DNA of 29,913 nt. It comes from Spirochaetales bacterium. Lineage in GTDB: Bacteria > Spirochaetota > Spirochaetia > JABEVK01. Below the pieces are notes generated by a model, which was given only the letters and a program-made list of their open reading frames with translations, ran no database searches and was not told the DNA's origin. The stretch covers positions 1-29,913 of the forward strand of contig JABEVL010000029.1 in assembly GCA_013043995.1 (NCBI GenBank). The letters are read 5' to 3'. Of the stretch, positions 20,419-28,798 are shown piece by piece; position 1 is the stretch's first letter; the number at the start of each line of letters is the position of its first letter. Made by a program: the position numbers and the translations under genes.

Positions 20419-21471
20419 ATGGCGAGAAAAAATCTTTTAAAGGGCTTTAAACGACCGAAAGGCCTGCATTTCGAACAGAGTGATCTGAGTCCGAATTATG
20501 GCAAATTTATCGCTTACCCTTTTGAACGCGGATTCGGGCATACGATCGGCAACACCCTGCGGCGTGTTCTTCTCTCCTCGATTCAGGGTTATGCGGTTTC
20601 GGGTATTCGTATCACGAGCTTTAATGAAGCTGGAACTCCCCATCTTCTCTCGAGTGAGTTTGAGCCTATTCCCGAAGTTGTTGAGGATACTGCGGTTATT
20701 TTGGCAAACCTCAAGAGTTTGCAGCTGAAGGTTCCTGGCGACCTGGATTCAGTGACGATTCTTGTTGAAGCCAAGGGAAAAGACAAATCGAGCATCACTG
20801 GCGCTGACCTGTGCGTGTCCGGAGTTGAGGTCATGAATCCAGATTTGCACATTGCAACCCTTTCTGGCAAAGCCAACCTAGAGCTTGAAATTCAGATAGA
20901 CCTCGGGCGCGGTTACGTTCCTGCAGAAGTCCATGAGAAAAGCGTGGAAGTTCAAAACACGATTGCTGTGGATTCAATTTTCTCGCCGATCAAAAAAGTC
21001 AAATACGCCGTTGAAGACACTCGTGTTGGACAACGCGCTGACTTTGATAAGCTTATCCTTGAGATCTGGACCGATGGGACGATTTCTCCCGAAAATGCCT
21101 TAGCTGAAGCTGCTAAGATTTCCAAAGATCATTTCAGCATTTTTATAAACTTTAATGAAGATGATATCTCAGGGGACGCTGAAATCACTGAGGATGAGGT
21201 AGCTGTTAAGGCCTTGTTGAACACTCCTGTCGAGGATCTTGAGTTGTCCGTTCGTTCGAGCAACTGCTTGAAAAACGCTAACATCAAAACAATTGGCGAA
21301 CTGATCCATAAGTCTGAGGACGACATTGCCAAAACTCGTAACTTTGGTAAAAAGAGTCTTGAAGAAATCAAACTCAAGCTAAAAGAAAGAAACCTTTCTT
21401 TTGGTATGAATGACACCAGTCAAATTATCCAGGCGATGAAACTCGCCCAGCAGAACAAGGAAGCTGTATGA
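20419..21471 (+). CDS. rpoA: RNA polymerase alpha subunit
   Basis: [48 protein letters not shown] and [11 protein letters not shown]. Confidence 0.99.
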   Translation: MARKNLLKGFKRPKGLHFEQSDLSPNYGKFIAYPFERGFGHTIGNTLRRVLLSSIQGYAVSGIRITSFNEAGTPHLLSSEFEPIPEVVEDTAVILANLKSLQLKVPGDLDSVTILVEAKGKDKSSITGADLCVSGVEVMNPDLHIATLSGKANLELEIQIDLGRGYVPAEVHEKSVEVQNTIAVDSIFSPIKKVKYAVEDTRVGQRADFDKLILEIWTDGTISPENALAEAAKISKDHFSIFINFNEDDISGDAEITEDEVAVKALLNTPVEDLELSVRSSNCLKNANIKTIGELIHKSEDDIAKTRNFGKKSLEEIKLKLKERNLSFGMNDTSQIIQAMKLAQQNKEAV

Positions 21472-21977
21472 ACAACAAGACAGGTTTCAACCGACTTAAT
21501 CGTCGGGCTGGACAACGACGAGCGTTACTGAAAAACATGGTAACCTCTTTATTCCAGTACGAAAGAATTACTACGACTAAGGCCAAGGCTTTGGAGGTTC
21601 GCCGTTTTGCAGAAAAAATGGTAACCCGTGCCAAGGTGGACTCGGTTCACAACCGAAGGGAAGTTTCCAAAACTATTACAAATGAGACGGTTCTTAGAAA
21701 ACTTTTTACAGTTCTCGGGCCGCGTTTCCAATCTCGAATGGGCGGCTACACACGGATTTTGAAAATTGGGCAGCGTTATGGTGATGCGGCTGAAATGGTT
21801 CTTTTAGAGTTTGTCGAACGTTCGGGACAAACCGCTGCTCCTGAGGCTCCGACCACCAGCAACAAAAAGTCCAGCTCGGAAGAGACGAAGAAAGCTTCCT
21901 CAGCTGAGGCCGCTCAGAGCTCCAAGCCCAAAAAAGCAACTAAAGCTAAAGAAAAAGTTCCAGCTGAGACAAAGTAA
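21468..21977 (+). CDS. rplQ: 50S ribosomal protein L17 with low-complexity C-terminal extension
   Basis: [36 protein letters not shown]; Ser/Lys/Ala/Glu-rich tail. Confidence 0.98.
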   Translation: MNNKTGFNRLNRRAGQRRALLKNMVTSLFQYERITTTKAKALEVRRFAEKMVTRAKVDSVHNRREVSKTITNETVLRKLFTVLGPRFQSRMGGYTRILKIGQRYGDAAEMVLLEFVERSGQTAAPEAPTTSNKKSSSEETKKASSAEAAQSSKPKKATKAKEKVPAETK

Positions 21978-22004
21978 ACTCGCTGAGATTTTTTGCCGAT
22001 GATG

Positions 22005-22034
22005 AAGGAGGTCCTCTATGGGGCCTCCTTTTTT
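22005..22034 (+). terminator. Intrinsic terminator ending the ribosomal protein/alpha cluster
   Basis: Stem AAGGAGGTCC/GGGCCTCCTT, ending in a run of six T (22029-22034). Confidence 0.75.
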
Positions 22035-24728
22035 ATGTCATCACTTGCCCGACTCTCCATAGCTCTGCTTTTCTCAACCTTGGTTTTTACTGCCTTCGCT
22101 CTTGTTGCGTTCACGGGTCTTTTTCCCTGGATTGAAGCTCAATTTTATTTCCCGCGGGTGGTCACCCACCTTCAAAACCGCTTAGAATCACAAGAATCTG
22201 GTTTGCTTGAATGGGAAAAGTCGGTTGAAAAGAAAATTCAAGCTTTTGTAGACACAAAAGTCTTAAACGGGGTGTTTGACCCGACACAAAGTCGGTTAAA
22301 GATTAAGCAACGCTACCAGACAACAAAACTGTTTCTCCAGGGTTTTCAAAGTGGCGCTATTTTGCGCGTTTCAGACGCTTCCCTGTCAGAATTGCACTTT
22401 TCTTCTTCAGACGAAGACATCCTTAGGCAAGGGCAGTTGAGTCTTACCTATAAAAGAGTAACCGATTTAACCGATGCCGCTATCTTAATGACTTTGAAGA
22501 AAGATTCTCCATCAGCTCAAAAACAGCTCCTCTGGGACAACAAAAGTCATTCATTTGTTTTTGTCTGGCCTTGGCGAGATCCTGAATCTGATATTTCGGG
22601 GCTCCTTCTTTTGACTCTAAGTCTGGAAGACGCTCAGAATTATCTGTTTCAAAAAGATTTATTGGGATTTCACGAGACGTTTTTGATGGCGGGTTGGGGA
22701 TTGCCTCTTTTTTTTGATTCGGGTCCTCAGGATCCAAGCCTAGAAGCTCGGGTGCAAACTTTGAGCTCACGAGGGGTTTGGCCACCGGTTCAAAAGCTTG
22801 CTCAAAGTAGTGAGGGGGCAACCTGGATGCTCATCACAGCGCGGCAACATTCTGGTTCGATCTTTGGAAAACCGGCGGTGCTTGTTTTACAAAACCGGCT
22901 CGAACTGAGCTTGGGGTTGAAAGTTATCATCTTAGCCAGCTTTTACACCGTATGTTTTTTACTGATTTTTTTGATTCTGAACGGAAGGGCCGATCCTGTC
23001 TCAAACGTGAGTCAAAAAGTTAAAAGATTTCAGATCCAGGTTTTAAAACAGTACCTGGACCAAAAAGAAAAAGAAAAAACACTCGAACTCAGAAAAACGT
23101 TGCTGAGGCATTCGGATCAGATCAAGCTGGATATCCTTAAAAGTCTCGGCAAGGTACGTCCCAAGGATGAATCCTGGGTCAGGGATTACATCAGCCGCAG
23201 TTGGTCTGAAATTCTGACCCTTTTGGGCGGAAATGAAGGAACTACCCCCGACGACACACCGCAAAAAACTGCTGAGTTGGATTGGAACAAGCTCGAGGCT
23301 GTTCTTGAACGAGTGATTTCAAGGGTCGGGTTGAAATTGCAGCCTTCAAGCGCGGAATCGCAAAAACAAGGAAAACAAGACTCAATCCAACGTTTCAACC
23401 TTCAGACCAAGGAAAAGCTTGAGGAAGAGGTGGAAGAACTTGAAGAACTTGAAGAGCTCGAAGAGGAGGAAAAAAATCCTGGTTCTGCCGACCGATCAGA
23501 GCAAACTGAAGAATTTGAGGAGGCCGAGTCTTTAGAAGAACTCGATGAGGCCGAAGAGCTTGAAGAACTTGAAGAAGCCGAAAGTGTTGAGGACGTCGAA
23601 GAAGCCGAAGAAATAACAGAGGGAGAGGAGGGTGATCCGGGAGAGGAACGAGCGACGAGCGCTGCAGTGGAAGAGCTTGAGGAGCTTGAAGATGCCGATG
23701 AAGAGCCGCTCACCGACCCAGGATTTCAGCCTGTCTCCGCTTCGGGTTCGAGCGACGCTCAAAAGTACTCGCCGTCCGCTTCTTTTTTACCAGATAATGA
23801 TAGCTTGAGGTTGCACCAGAACGAAGAGCTCGAAGAACTTGAAGCAGATTCCTCGGGTTTAGCCGACCTTGAGGAGCTGCCCCAGCAAGATGGATCCCTT
23901 GAGCTTCTCGGAAAGGTCGATGGACACGACGGCTCTTCCTTTTCCATGAACTCAACCCTCACGGAAGTATTGGAACCAGATGAAGAGGCCGAAGACCTTG
24001 AAGAGCTGCTGTCGTTGGAAGAAGGAGAAAATCAGGAGGGGGACAGTCCAAAAAACGGACCCCCGGAAAGGATGTTCATTCCGCTTGAGGAACTGGACAG
24101 GGCCTGGGGAACTGGTGATGACCAGGTTTTTGAAGAATCGGGAGACCTTGTCCGGCTTTCAGACCAGGTGTTTCAATCGGTCCAAGAGCCCCAGGATGAG
24201 TTTGGTCGTCTTGTCGGAGGTGTCCTGCACAAGGATTCTCCTGTTCTTGTAGAGGAGTTTATTCCTCAGCGAGAATATTGGCCCTGGGTCTGGACGGGGG
24301 GCGGATTTGACCTGGAGAGGTTTTTTGGTCCACAAAAACAAGATGTCTCGCGTGTGTTCCGCGGCTTAAACGAGCTTACGAGTGATTTTGGTGCTTTCAG
24401 TTGTGCCCTTATAGAGTCGGAAGACGGGGTCTGGAAAGCCACAGCGAGCGTGGGATTCAGCGATCAGGGAAAGTTGCGGCTGAACTTTGTCCCCTCGAGT
24501 TCTTTAGCGAAAGACTGCCTGGAGAAGAGGGGAGTCCATGTTTTAGACGGTACGCCAGGGCACAATCGCCTGATATGGGAATCTTTTCACGCTAAGGATG
24601 TGCGCTACCTAGGCGCTGTCGTCTTGCTCCCTGGCTTAAGGAATTCTCAACTCGTTTGGTTGCTCCTGGGGTACAAAACCTACCCTCAAAACCTTTTGGA
24701 CCATTTGAAGCCCAGAATCCTTCAATAA
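22035..24728 (+). CDS. Uncharacterised membrane protein (~897 aa): TM, ~260-aa extracytoplasmic region, TM, helical segment, Glu-rich repeat region, GAF-like C-terminal domain
   Basis: Long clean ORF with two hydrophobic stretches (LSIALLFSTLVFTAFALVAFTGLF; LGLKVIILASFYTVCFLLIFLIL) and 13 EEL motifs. ATG 22035 is preferred because the ORF-track start (21993) lies before the terminator. Domain labels are inference. Confidence 0.8.
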   Translation: MSSLARLSIALLFSTLVFTAFALVAFTGLFPWIEAQFYFPRVVTHLQNRLESQESGLLEWEKSVEKKIQAFVDTKVLNGVFDPTQSRLKIKQRYQTTKLFLQGFQSGAILRVSDASLSELHFSSSDEDILRQGQLSLTYKRVTDLTDAAILMTLKKDSPSAQKQLLWDNKSHSFVFVWPWRDPESDISGLLLLTLSLEDAQNYLFQKDLLGFHETFLMAGWGLPLFFDSGPQDPSLEARVQTLSSRGVWPPVQKLAQSSEGATWMLITARQHSGSIFGKPAVLVLQNRLELSLGLKVIILASFYTVCFLLIFLILNGRADPVSNVSQKVKRFQIQVLKQYLDQKEKEKTLELRKTLLRHSDQIKLDILKSLGKVRPKDESWVRDYISRSWSEILTLLGGNEGTTPDDTPQKTAELDWNKLEAVLERVISRVGLKLQPSSAESQKQGKQDSIQRFNLQTKEKLEEEVEELEELEELEEEEKNPGSADRSEQTEEFEEAESLEELDEAEELEELEEAESVEDVEEAEEITEGEEGDPGEERATSAAVEELEELEDADEEPLTDPGFQPVSASGSSDAQKYSPSASFLPDNDSLRLHQNEELEELEADSSGLADLEELPQQDGSLELLGKVDGHDGSSFSMNSTLTEVLEPDEEAEDLEELLSLEEGENQEGDSPKNGPPERMFIPLEELDRAWGTGDDQVFEESGDLVRLSDQVFQSVQEPQDEFGRLVGGVLHKDSPVLVEEFIPQREYWPWVWTGGGFDLERFFGPQKQDVSRVFRGLNELTSDFGAFSCALIESEDGVWKATASVGFSDQGKLRLNFVPSSSLAKDCLEKRGVHVLDGTPGHNRLIWESFHAKDVRYLGAVVLLPGLRNSQLVWLLLGYKTYPQNLLDHLKPRILQ
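23421..23700 (+). repeat. Degenerate 9-nt tandem repeats (GAAGAACTT-like) encoding EEL units
   Basis: For example GAAGAACTT GAAGAACTT GAAGAGCTC GAAGAG at about 23433-23465; further copies lie downstream. Confidence 0.7.
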
Positions 24729-24734
24729 AAACGG

Positions 24735-24763
24735 TTGCTTTGCTTACAATTTTGTTATATAAT
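24735..24763 (+). promoter_or_regulatory. sigma70 promoter of rny-ymdB-tlyA
   Basis: TTGCTT (24735-24740), 17 bp spacer, perfect TATAAT (24758-24763). Confidence 0.8.
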
Positions 24764-24797
24764 CCGTTCACGACAAAAGTGTCGCAGAGGAGTGTTT

Positions 24798-26330
24798 ATG
24801 GAAGTCATCCTGACGGTGATCATAAGCCTCGCTGCCGGACTTTTCCTTGGTTGGATTGTACGATGGCTGTACGCCAAATATCAACTTTCTTCTGCGGAGC
24901 AAAAAGCCGAACGCATAAAGCAGGAAGCCTCTAAAGAGGCCGAGAACATCAAGAAGGAGATGTTGCTGGAGGCAAAAGACCAGCTCATCCGGGATCGAAA
25001 CGCCCAAGAACGTGATCTGCGTGAACGGCGAATAGAGGTTCAAAAGCTTGAGAAGCGATTGCTCCAAAAAGAAGACAACCTAGAAAAGAAACTGGCGGGA
25101 GTAGAACAACAAATTGCTCTGTTTGCTAAAACAGAAAAAGAATTGGCGGCGCGTGAGGCTGTTCTTTCTGAGCAAGATGAAACTCTCAAGCGAGAGATAG
25201 AACGTATTTCAGGCCTCACCGCGGACGAAGCGAAGCGCATCATTATCCAGAAGATGGAAAATGATGCCAAGCACGATGCCCAGGTGATCATCAACAAGAT
25301 TGAGCAAGAGGCTCTGCATACGGCGGACAAAAAAGCCAGTGACATTTTAGTCACGACCCTGCAGCGTCTGGCCACCGAGGTCACTTCGGAAGTGACGGTA
25401 ACTTCTGTCAGCTTGCCGAACGAAGAGATGAAAGGGCGGATCATCGGGCGGGAAGGCCGCAACATCCGTACCCTTGAAACTTTGACGGGTGTCGACGTGA
25501 TCATTGACGACACTCCCGAAGCCGTCGTGATTTCATGTTTTGATCCCATCCGTAAGGTCATTGCAAAAACGTCCTTAGAGCGCCTGATTCAGGACGGAAG
25601 GATTCATCCGGCGCGGATTGAAGAAGTCGTCAGCAAGGTGGCCAAAGAAATCACCCAGATGATTTTTGAGGAAGGTGAGCGGGTTTGTTTTGACCTGGGC
25701 ATCCATAACATGGTCCCTGACCTGGTCAAGGCTTTGGGCCGCCTCCACTTTAGAACCTCGTACGGGCAAAACGTCCTGGCTCATTCGAAAGAGGTCGCCG
25801 TTCTGGCTGGTATGCTGGCGGCGGAAATTGGGCTGGATCGAGATATTGCTCGCCGCTCGGCTCTTTTGCACGACATCGGGAAAGGCATGGAATCCGAGGG
25901 CGACGAGAACCACGCAGAGTTGGGCGCTGAGTTTGCTAAAAAGATGGGGGAAGATCCCAAGATCGTCAACGGAATCGCCGCGCACCATAACGACGTGGAA
26001 CCTATTTGCCCTGAATCTGTCCTGGTGCAGATTGCGGACTCCATTTCGGCCAGCAGGCCCGGAGCACGCCGAGAAACTCTGGACAATTACATCAAACGGC
26101 TAGAGGGTTTGGAAACAATCGCCAACAGTTTTGAGGGTGTAGAGAAGTGTTACGCGATCCAGGCTGGTCGAGAGGTGAGGATCATTGTGAACAATGAAAC
26201 GATCAACGACCAGGGAGCCCGAGAATTGGCCAAGGGAATTGCAAAGAAAATTGAGTCTGACCTGAACTACCCTGGACGAATCAAGGTGACGATCATTCGT
26301 GAAACCCGAGTGGTCGAGTACGCGCGTTGA
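24798..26330 (+). CDS. rny: Ribonuclease Y
   Basis: N-terminal TM anchor, coiled coil, KH ([14 protein letters not shown]), HD domain (HSKEVA...LLHDIGK), C-terminal [11 protein letters not shown] 24798 with SD GAGGAG. Confidence 0.98.
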   Translation: MEVILTVIISLAAGLFLGWIVRWLYAKYQLSSAEQKAERIKQEASKEAENIKKEMLLEAKDQLIRDRNAQERDLRERRIEVQKLEKRLLQKEDNLEKKLAGVEQQIALFAKTEKELAAREAVLSEQDETLKREIERISGLTADEAKRIIIQKMENDAKHDAQVIINKIEQEALHTADKKASDILVTTLQRLATEVTSEVTVTSVSLPNEEMKGRIIGREGRNIRTLETLTGVDVIIDDTPEAVVISCFDPIRKVIAKTSLERLIQDGRIHPARIEEVVSKVAKEITQMIFEEGERVCFDLGIHNMVPDLVKALGRLHFRTSYGQNVLAHSKEVAVLAGMLAAEIGLDRDIARRSALLHDIGKGMESEGDENHAELGAEFAKKMGEDPKIVNGIAAHHNDVEPICPESVLVQIADSISASRPGARRETLDNYIKRLEGLETIANSFEGVEKCYAIQAGREVRIIVNNETINDQGARELAKGIAKKIESDLNYPGRIKVTIIRETRVVEYAR

Positions 26331-27151
26331 TTGAGTCCCAACCGAATTTGAAGGCCCTGTTTCTGGGAGACGTCGTTGGACGTCCCGGCCGCAGGGCCGT
26401 TCTTTTTTTTCTCCCCCAGCTCATTGCGCAACGACAACCGGATTTGGTCGTCGTGAACGCTGAAAACGCCGCAGACGACGGGTTGGGCCTGCTGCTCGAA
26501 CATTATTCCGAGCTCCGCGCCTTGGGTGTCGACGTTGTGACAACGGGAAACCATGTCTGGGAAAAAACTGAGCTGAATGAACTTTTAGAAAAGGAAGACC
26601 GACTTTTAAGGCCTGCGAACTACCCCTCGCGTCTGCCCGGAAGAGGACTCGTGATTTTTACCCTAGAGAGGGGACCCCACATCGGGACCGAGGTTGCCGT
26701 CTTGAATTTGCAAGGGCGCTACAGGATGTCCCCGATTGACGACCCCTTTCGTGCGGGCTTTCAGCTTGTTGAAGAAACCAGAAAAAAAACAAAGCTCATC
26801 TTCATCGACTTTCATGCAGAAGATTTTTCTGAAAAGGAAGCCTTCCCTTGGGCGATGGACGGGACGGTGACGGGAGTCGTGGGAACCCATACGCATGTTG
26901 CGACCCAGGATGCGCGAATTCTTCCCCGGGGCTGCGCGGCCCAAACCGACCTCGGGATGTGCGGTCCCCTCAACTCCGTCATTGGTAGCCGTCCTGACCT
27001 CAGCATCGAGAGAAGTTTGACCGCAGTTCCCTTGCGGAATGAGGTACTTGAGGGGCCGGCCGAAGTCCGTGGACTTTGGATCGCGGCGGATACGGAAACC
27101 GGGTGCGCTGTTTTAGTAGAAAGCTTGTGTCTGGGACCGTACGGGGTCTGA
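26327..27151 (+). CDS. ymdB: YmdB-like (TIGR00282-type) metallophosphoesterase
   Basis: [48 protein letters not shown]; directly after rny. Exact start uncertain. Confidence 0.92.
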   Translation: MIESQPNLKALFLGDVVGRPGRRAVLFFLPQLIAQRQPDLVVVNAENAADDGLGLLLEHYSELRALGVDVVTTGNHVWEKTELNELLEKEDRLLRPANYPSRLPGRGLVIFTLERGPHIGTEVAVLNLQGRYRMSPIDDPFRAGFQLVEETRKKTKLIFIDFHAEDFSEKEAFPWAMDGTVTGVVGTHTHVATQDARILPRGCAAQTDLGMCGPLNSVIGSRPDLSIERSLTAVPLRNEVLEGPAEVRGLWIAADTETGCAVLVESLCLGPYGV

Positions 27152-27158
27152 CTCGATC

Positions 27159-27890
27159 GTGGCTAGCCTGGGTCCCCGTCTTTTAGACTACCTCGTTGAA
27201 CTTTTTCCCGACCAAACCCGCGAGTCCTTGTTCGCTCGGATCCTTTGCGGTGACGTGGACGTGGACGGGGAGCGCATAAAAGACCCGAAGACCCGCGTTA
27301 ATCCGGGAGCCGGAGTGGCTCTCAGCAGCAAGAAGTTTGTCAGCCGCGGCGGATTAAAACTGGAAGCTGCACTGGAACTCTGGAAGCCTGCAGTTGAAGG
27401 TCGGGTTTGGTTGGACGCGGGGGCCTCGACAGGCGGCTTTACGGATTGCCTGTTGCAAAGAGGTGCCAAGCTTGTCCACGCCATCGACGTGGGGAACAAT
27501 CAGCTCGCCTGGAAATTGCGCTCAGATCCCCGCGTGAAAGTTCAGGAAAAAATGAACATCATGGACGTGAAGGAGCTTGATCCCCAGCCATTTGGGGCAA
27601 CGGCTGACCTTTCTTTTCGCTCATTAAGAGGTGCCGCCCGGAAAATCCTTTCCTTAACAACGGGCAACCTTCTTGTGGCTCTTGTCAAACCTCAGTTTGA
27701 GTGGCTCGATCCCGATCCTAAATTTTCGGGTATCGTTCCTGACCAACGAAGTTCCAAGATCCTTGAAATTCTTTTTGCCGATTTGGCGTCAGAAGGGGTT
27801 CGTGTTCGCGATTGTATCTTGAGTCCTATTCGCGGACACAAGGGGAACCAAGAATCACTTGTCTGGTTGGAGCGAATTTCAGGGGGTTAG
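27159..27890 (+). CDS. tlyA: TlyA family rRNA 2'-O-methyltransferase
   Basis: S4-like N-terminus, FVSRGGLKL, DAGASTGGFTDCLLQRGA, LVKPQFE, SPIRG.KGN.E. Confidence 0.95.
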   Translation: MASLGPRLLDYLVELFPDQTRESLFARILCGDVDVDGERIKDPKTRVNPGAGVALSSKKFVSRGGLKLEAALELWKPAVEGRVWLDAGASTGGFTDCLLQRGAKLVHAIDVGNNQLAWKLRSDPRVKVQEKMNIMDVKELDPQPFGATADLSFRSLRGAARKILSLTTGNLLVALVKPQFEWLDPDPKFSGIVPDQRSSKILEILFADLASEGVRVRDCILSPIRGHKGNQESLVWLERISGG

Positions 27891-27897
27891 AGGTCCT

Positions 27898-27990
27898 CCC
27901 TTACAAATGGATTAGCTGTCAGCACCGGTGATTTTCGGAACTTTATCAGCGGTGCTGACAAGCCAAACCCGGTCGAAATCGATGTTAGAT
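27898..27990 (-). mobile_element. Degenerate attC-like integron cassette recombination site
   Basis: On the minus strand, RYYYAAC (ATCTAAC) overlaps the toxin stop codon, followed by a 5-nt spacer, an L''-like TTTCGACC and a perfect 11-bp inverted repeat (27917-27927/27950-27960). The right end has only GTAAGGG instead of GTTRRRY. Confidence 0.5.
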
Positions 27991-28407
27991 GTCTTCCTTC
28001 ATGAATGGATTCACCAGCAAGACTCCCCGGTAAGTTTGGCCTGGATTCATGTCTTCGGAAAAGACAAATTCACAATTTGCCTTTTCGGCAGCTGCGATGA
28101 TCAGAGAATCCCAAAACGGTAGCCTCGAGATCGTACCAATGTCGATGGCTTCCTCAATCAACTCAAGATCATTATTCACCACCTCGAGGTTTCGAAAATT
28201 ATGGACGATGTTCTTGATGATGAAGGTATCGGCTTTCAACTTGGTTGAGGCTACGACATAAAACTCTTTGATGACCTGAGTTGAGATTACGGGCTGGTGA
28301 ACTTCTACCAATCTTTTGAGAATGTTTCTTGCTCGGTCTCGTTTCCCCAAGTCACGCTGGTCGATTGAGTAAACAAACAGGTTTGTGTCGACGAAAATTT
28401 TAGACAC
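27985..28407 (-). CDS. PIN-domain (VapC-like) toxin
   Basis: IFVDTN, QVIKEF, WDSLIIAAA, SEDM acidic PIN tetrad. Probable GTG start at 28407 overlaps the antitoxin end. Confidence 0.9.
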   Translation of the reverse strand: MSKIFVDTNLFVYSIDQRDLGKRDRARNILKRLVEVHQPVISTQVIKEFYVVASTKLKADTFIIKNIVHNFRNLEVVNNDLELIEEAIDIGTISRLPFWDSLIIAAAEKANCEFVFSEDMNPGQTYRGVLLVNPFMKEDI

Positions 28408-28624
28408 GGTAAAGATCTTCTCTGTTCCAGCGTTCACCAGAAGACGACACGTTTGCCTTATCCATCAAAGAAAACATGTCATCAAGCCACCTATTTTGTT
28501 TCCTTACAACGGTTTGTTCAATCAGCCGTCGGACCAAAACATTGAAAGAGACATTGTGTTGGCGAGCGTACTCTCGACCCGCTTGGAGCACATCCTCTTC
28601 AATGGAAAGCGTGATGTTTTTCAT
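28400..28624 (-). CDS. Ribbon-helix-helix-type antitoxin
   Basis: MKNITLSIEEDVLQAGREYARQHNVSFNVLVRRLI (beta strand plus two helices); SD GAGGTG; directly upstream of and overlapping a PIN gene. Confidence 0.85.
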   Translation of the reverse strand: MKNITLSIEEDVLQAGREYARQHNVSFNVLVRRLIEQTVVRKQNRWLDDMFSLMDKANVSSSGERWNREDLYRV

Positions 28625-28634
28625 ATTCACCTCA

Positions 28635-28668
28635 CACATAGTATGTGCGCACTCGTAAAGACCGTCAA
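28635..28668 (-). promoter_or_regulatory. TA promoter with palindromic operator
   Basis: TTGACG (28668-28663), 17 bp spacer, CATACT (28645-28640). The palindrome CACATA-N-TATGTG (28635-28647) covers the -10 box. Confidence 0.75.
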
Positions 28669-28704
28669 GCTTTTCGCTCTTGGCGCCCGCAGGGTCCGCC
28701 TAGA

Positions 28705-28789
28705 GCTGAACCTGCGTTTTGGGTGGCACGAGCCTTGTTATGCAAGGGGCGTGACGGCCAAATAAGTCAGGTTGAAAAATATGTTAAGT
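28705..28789 (-). mobile_element. Truncated attC-like site
   Basis: On the minus strand: ACTTAAC (RYYYAAC) 10 nt after the vapC stop, a 5-nt spacer, then TTTCAACCTGAC pairing with GCAGGTT with an extrahelical A, and a long imperfect internal stem. No GTTRRRY after L'. Confidence 0.6.
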
Positions 28790-28798
28790 GCAAAAGAA

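Noticed and set aside
21993-22034. ORF-track start of the 911-aa protein
   Set aside because: It would run through the terminator hairpin and lacks an SD; ATG 22035 gives a normal TM-leading N-terminus.
23421-23700. Repeats as a CRISPR array
   Set aside because: They are 9-nt in-frame coding units with no unique spacers and no cas genes nearby.
23402-23713. Poly-serine antisense ORF
   Set aside because: Mirror image of the GAA/GAG Glu repeats on the sense strand.
24729-24797. 6S RNA or zapA, often found upstream of rny
   Set aside because: Only about 70 bp are available, and they are filled by the promoter and RBS. The ORF-track TTG start at 24735 is the -35 box.
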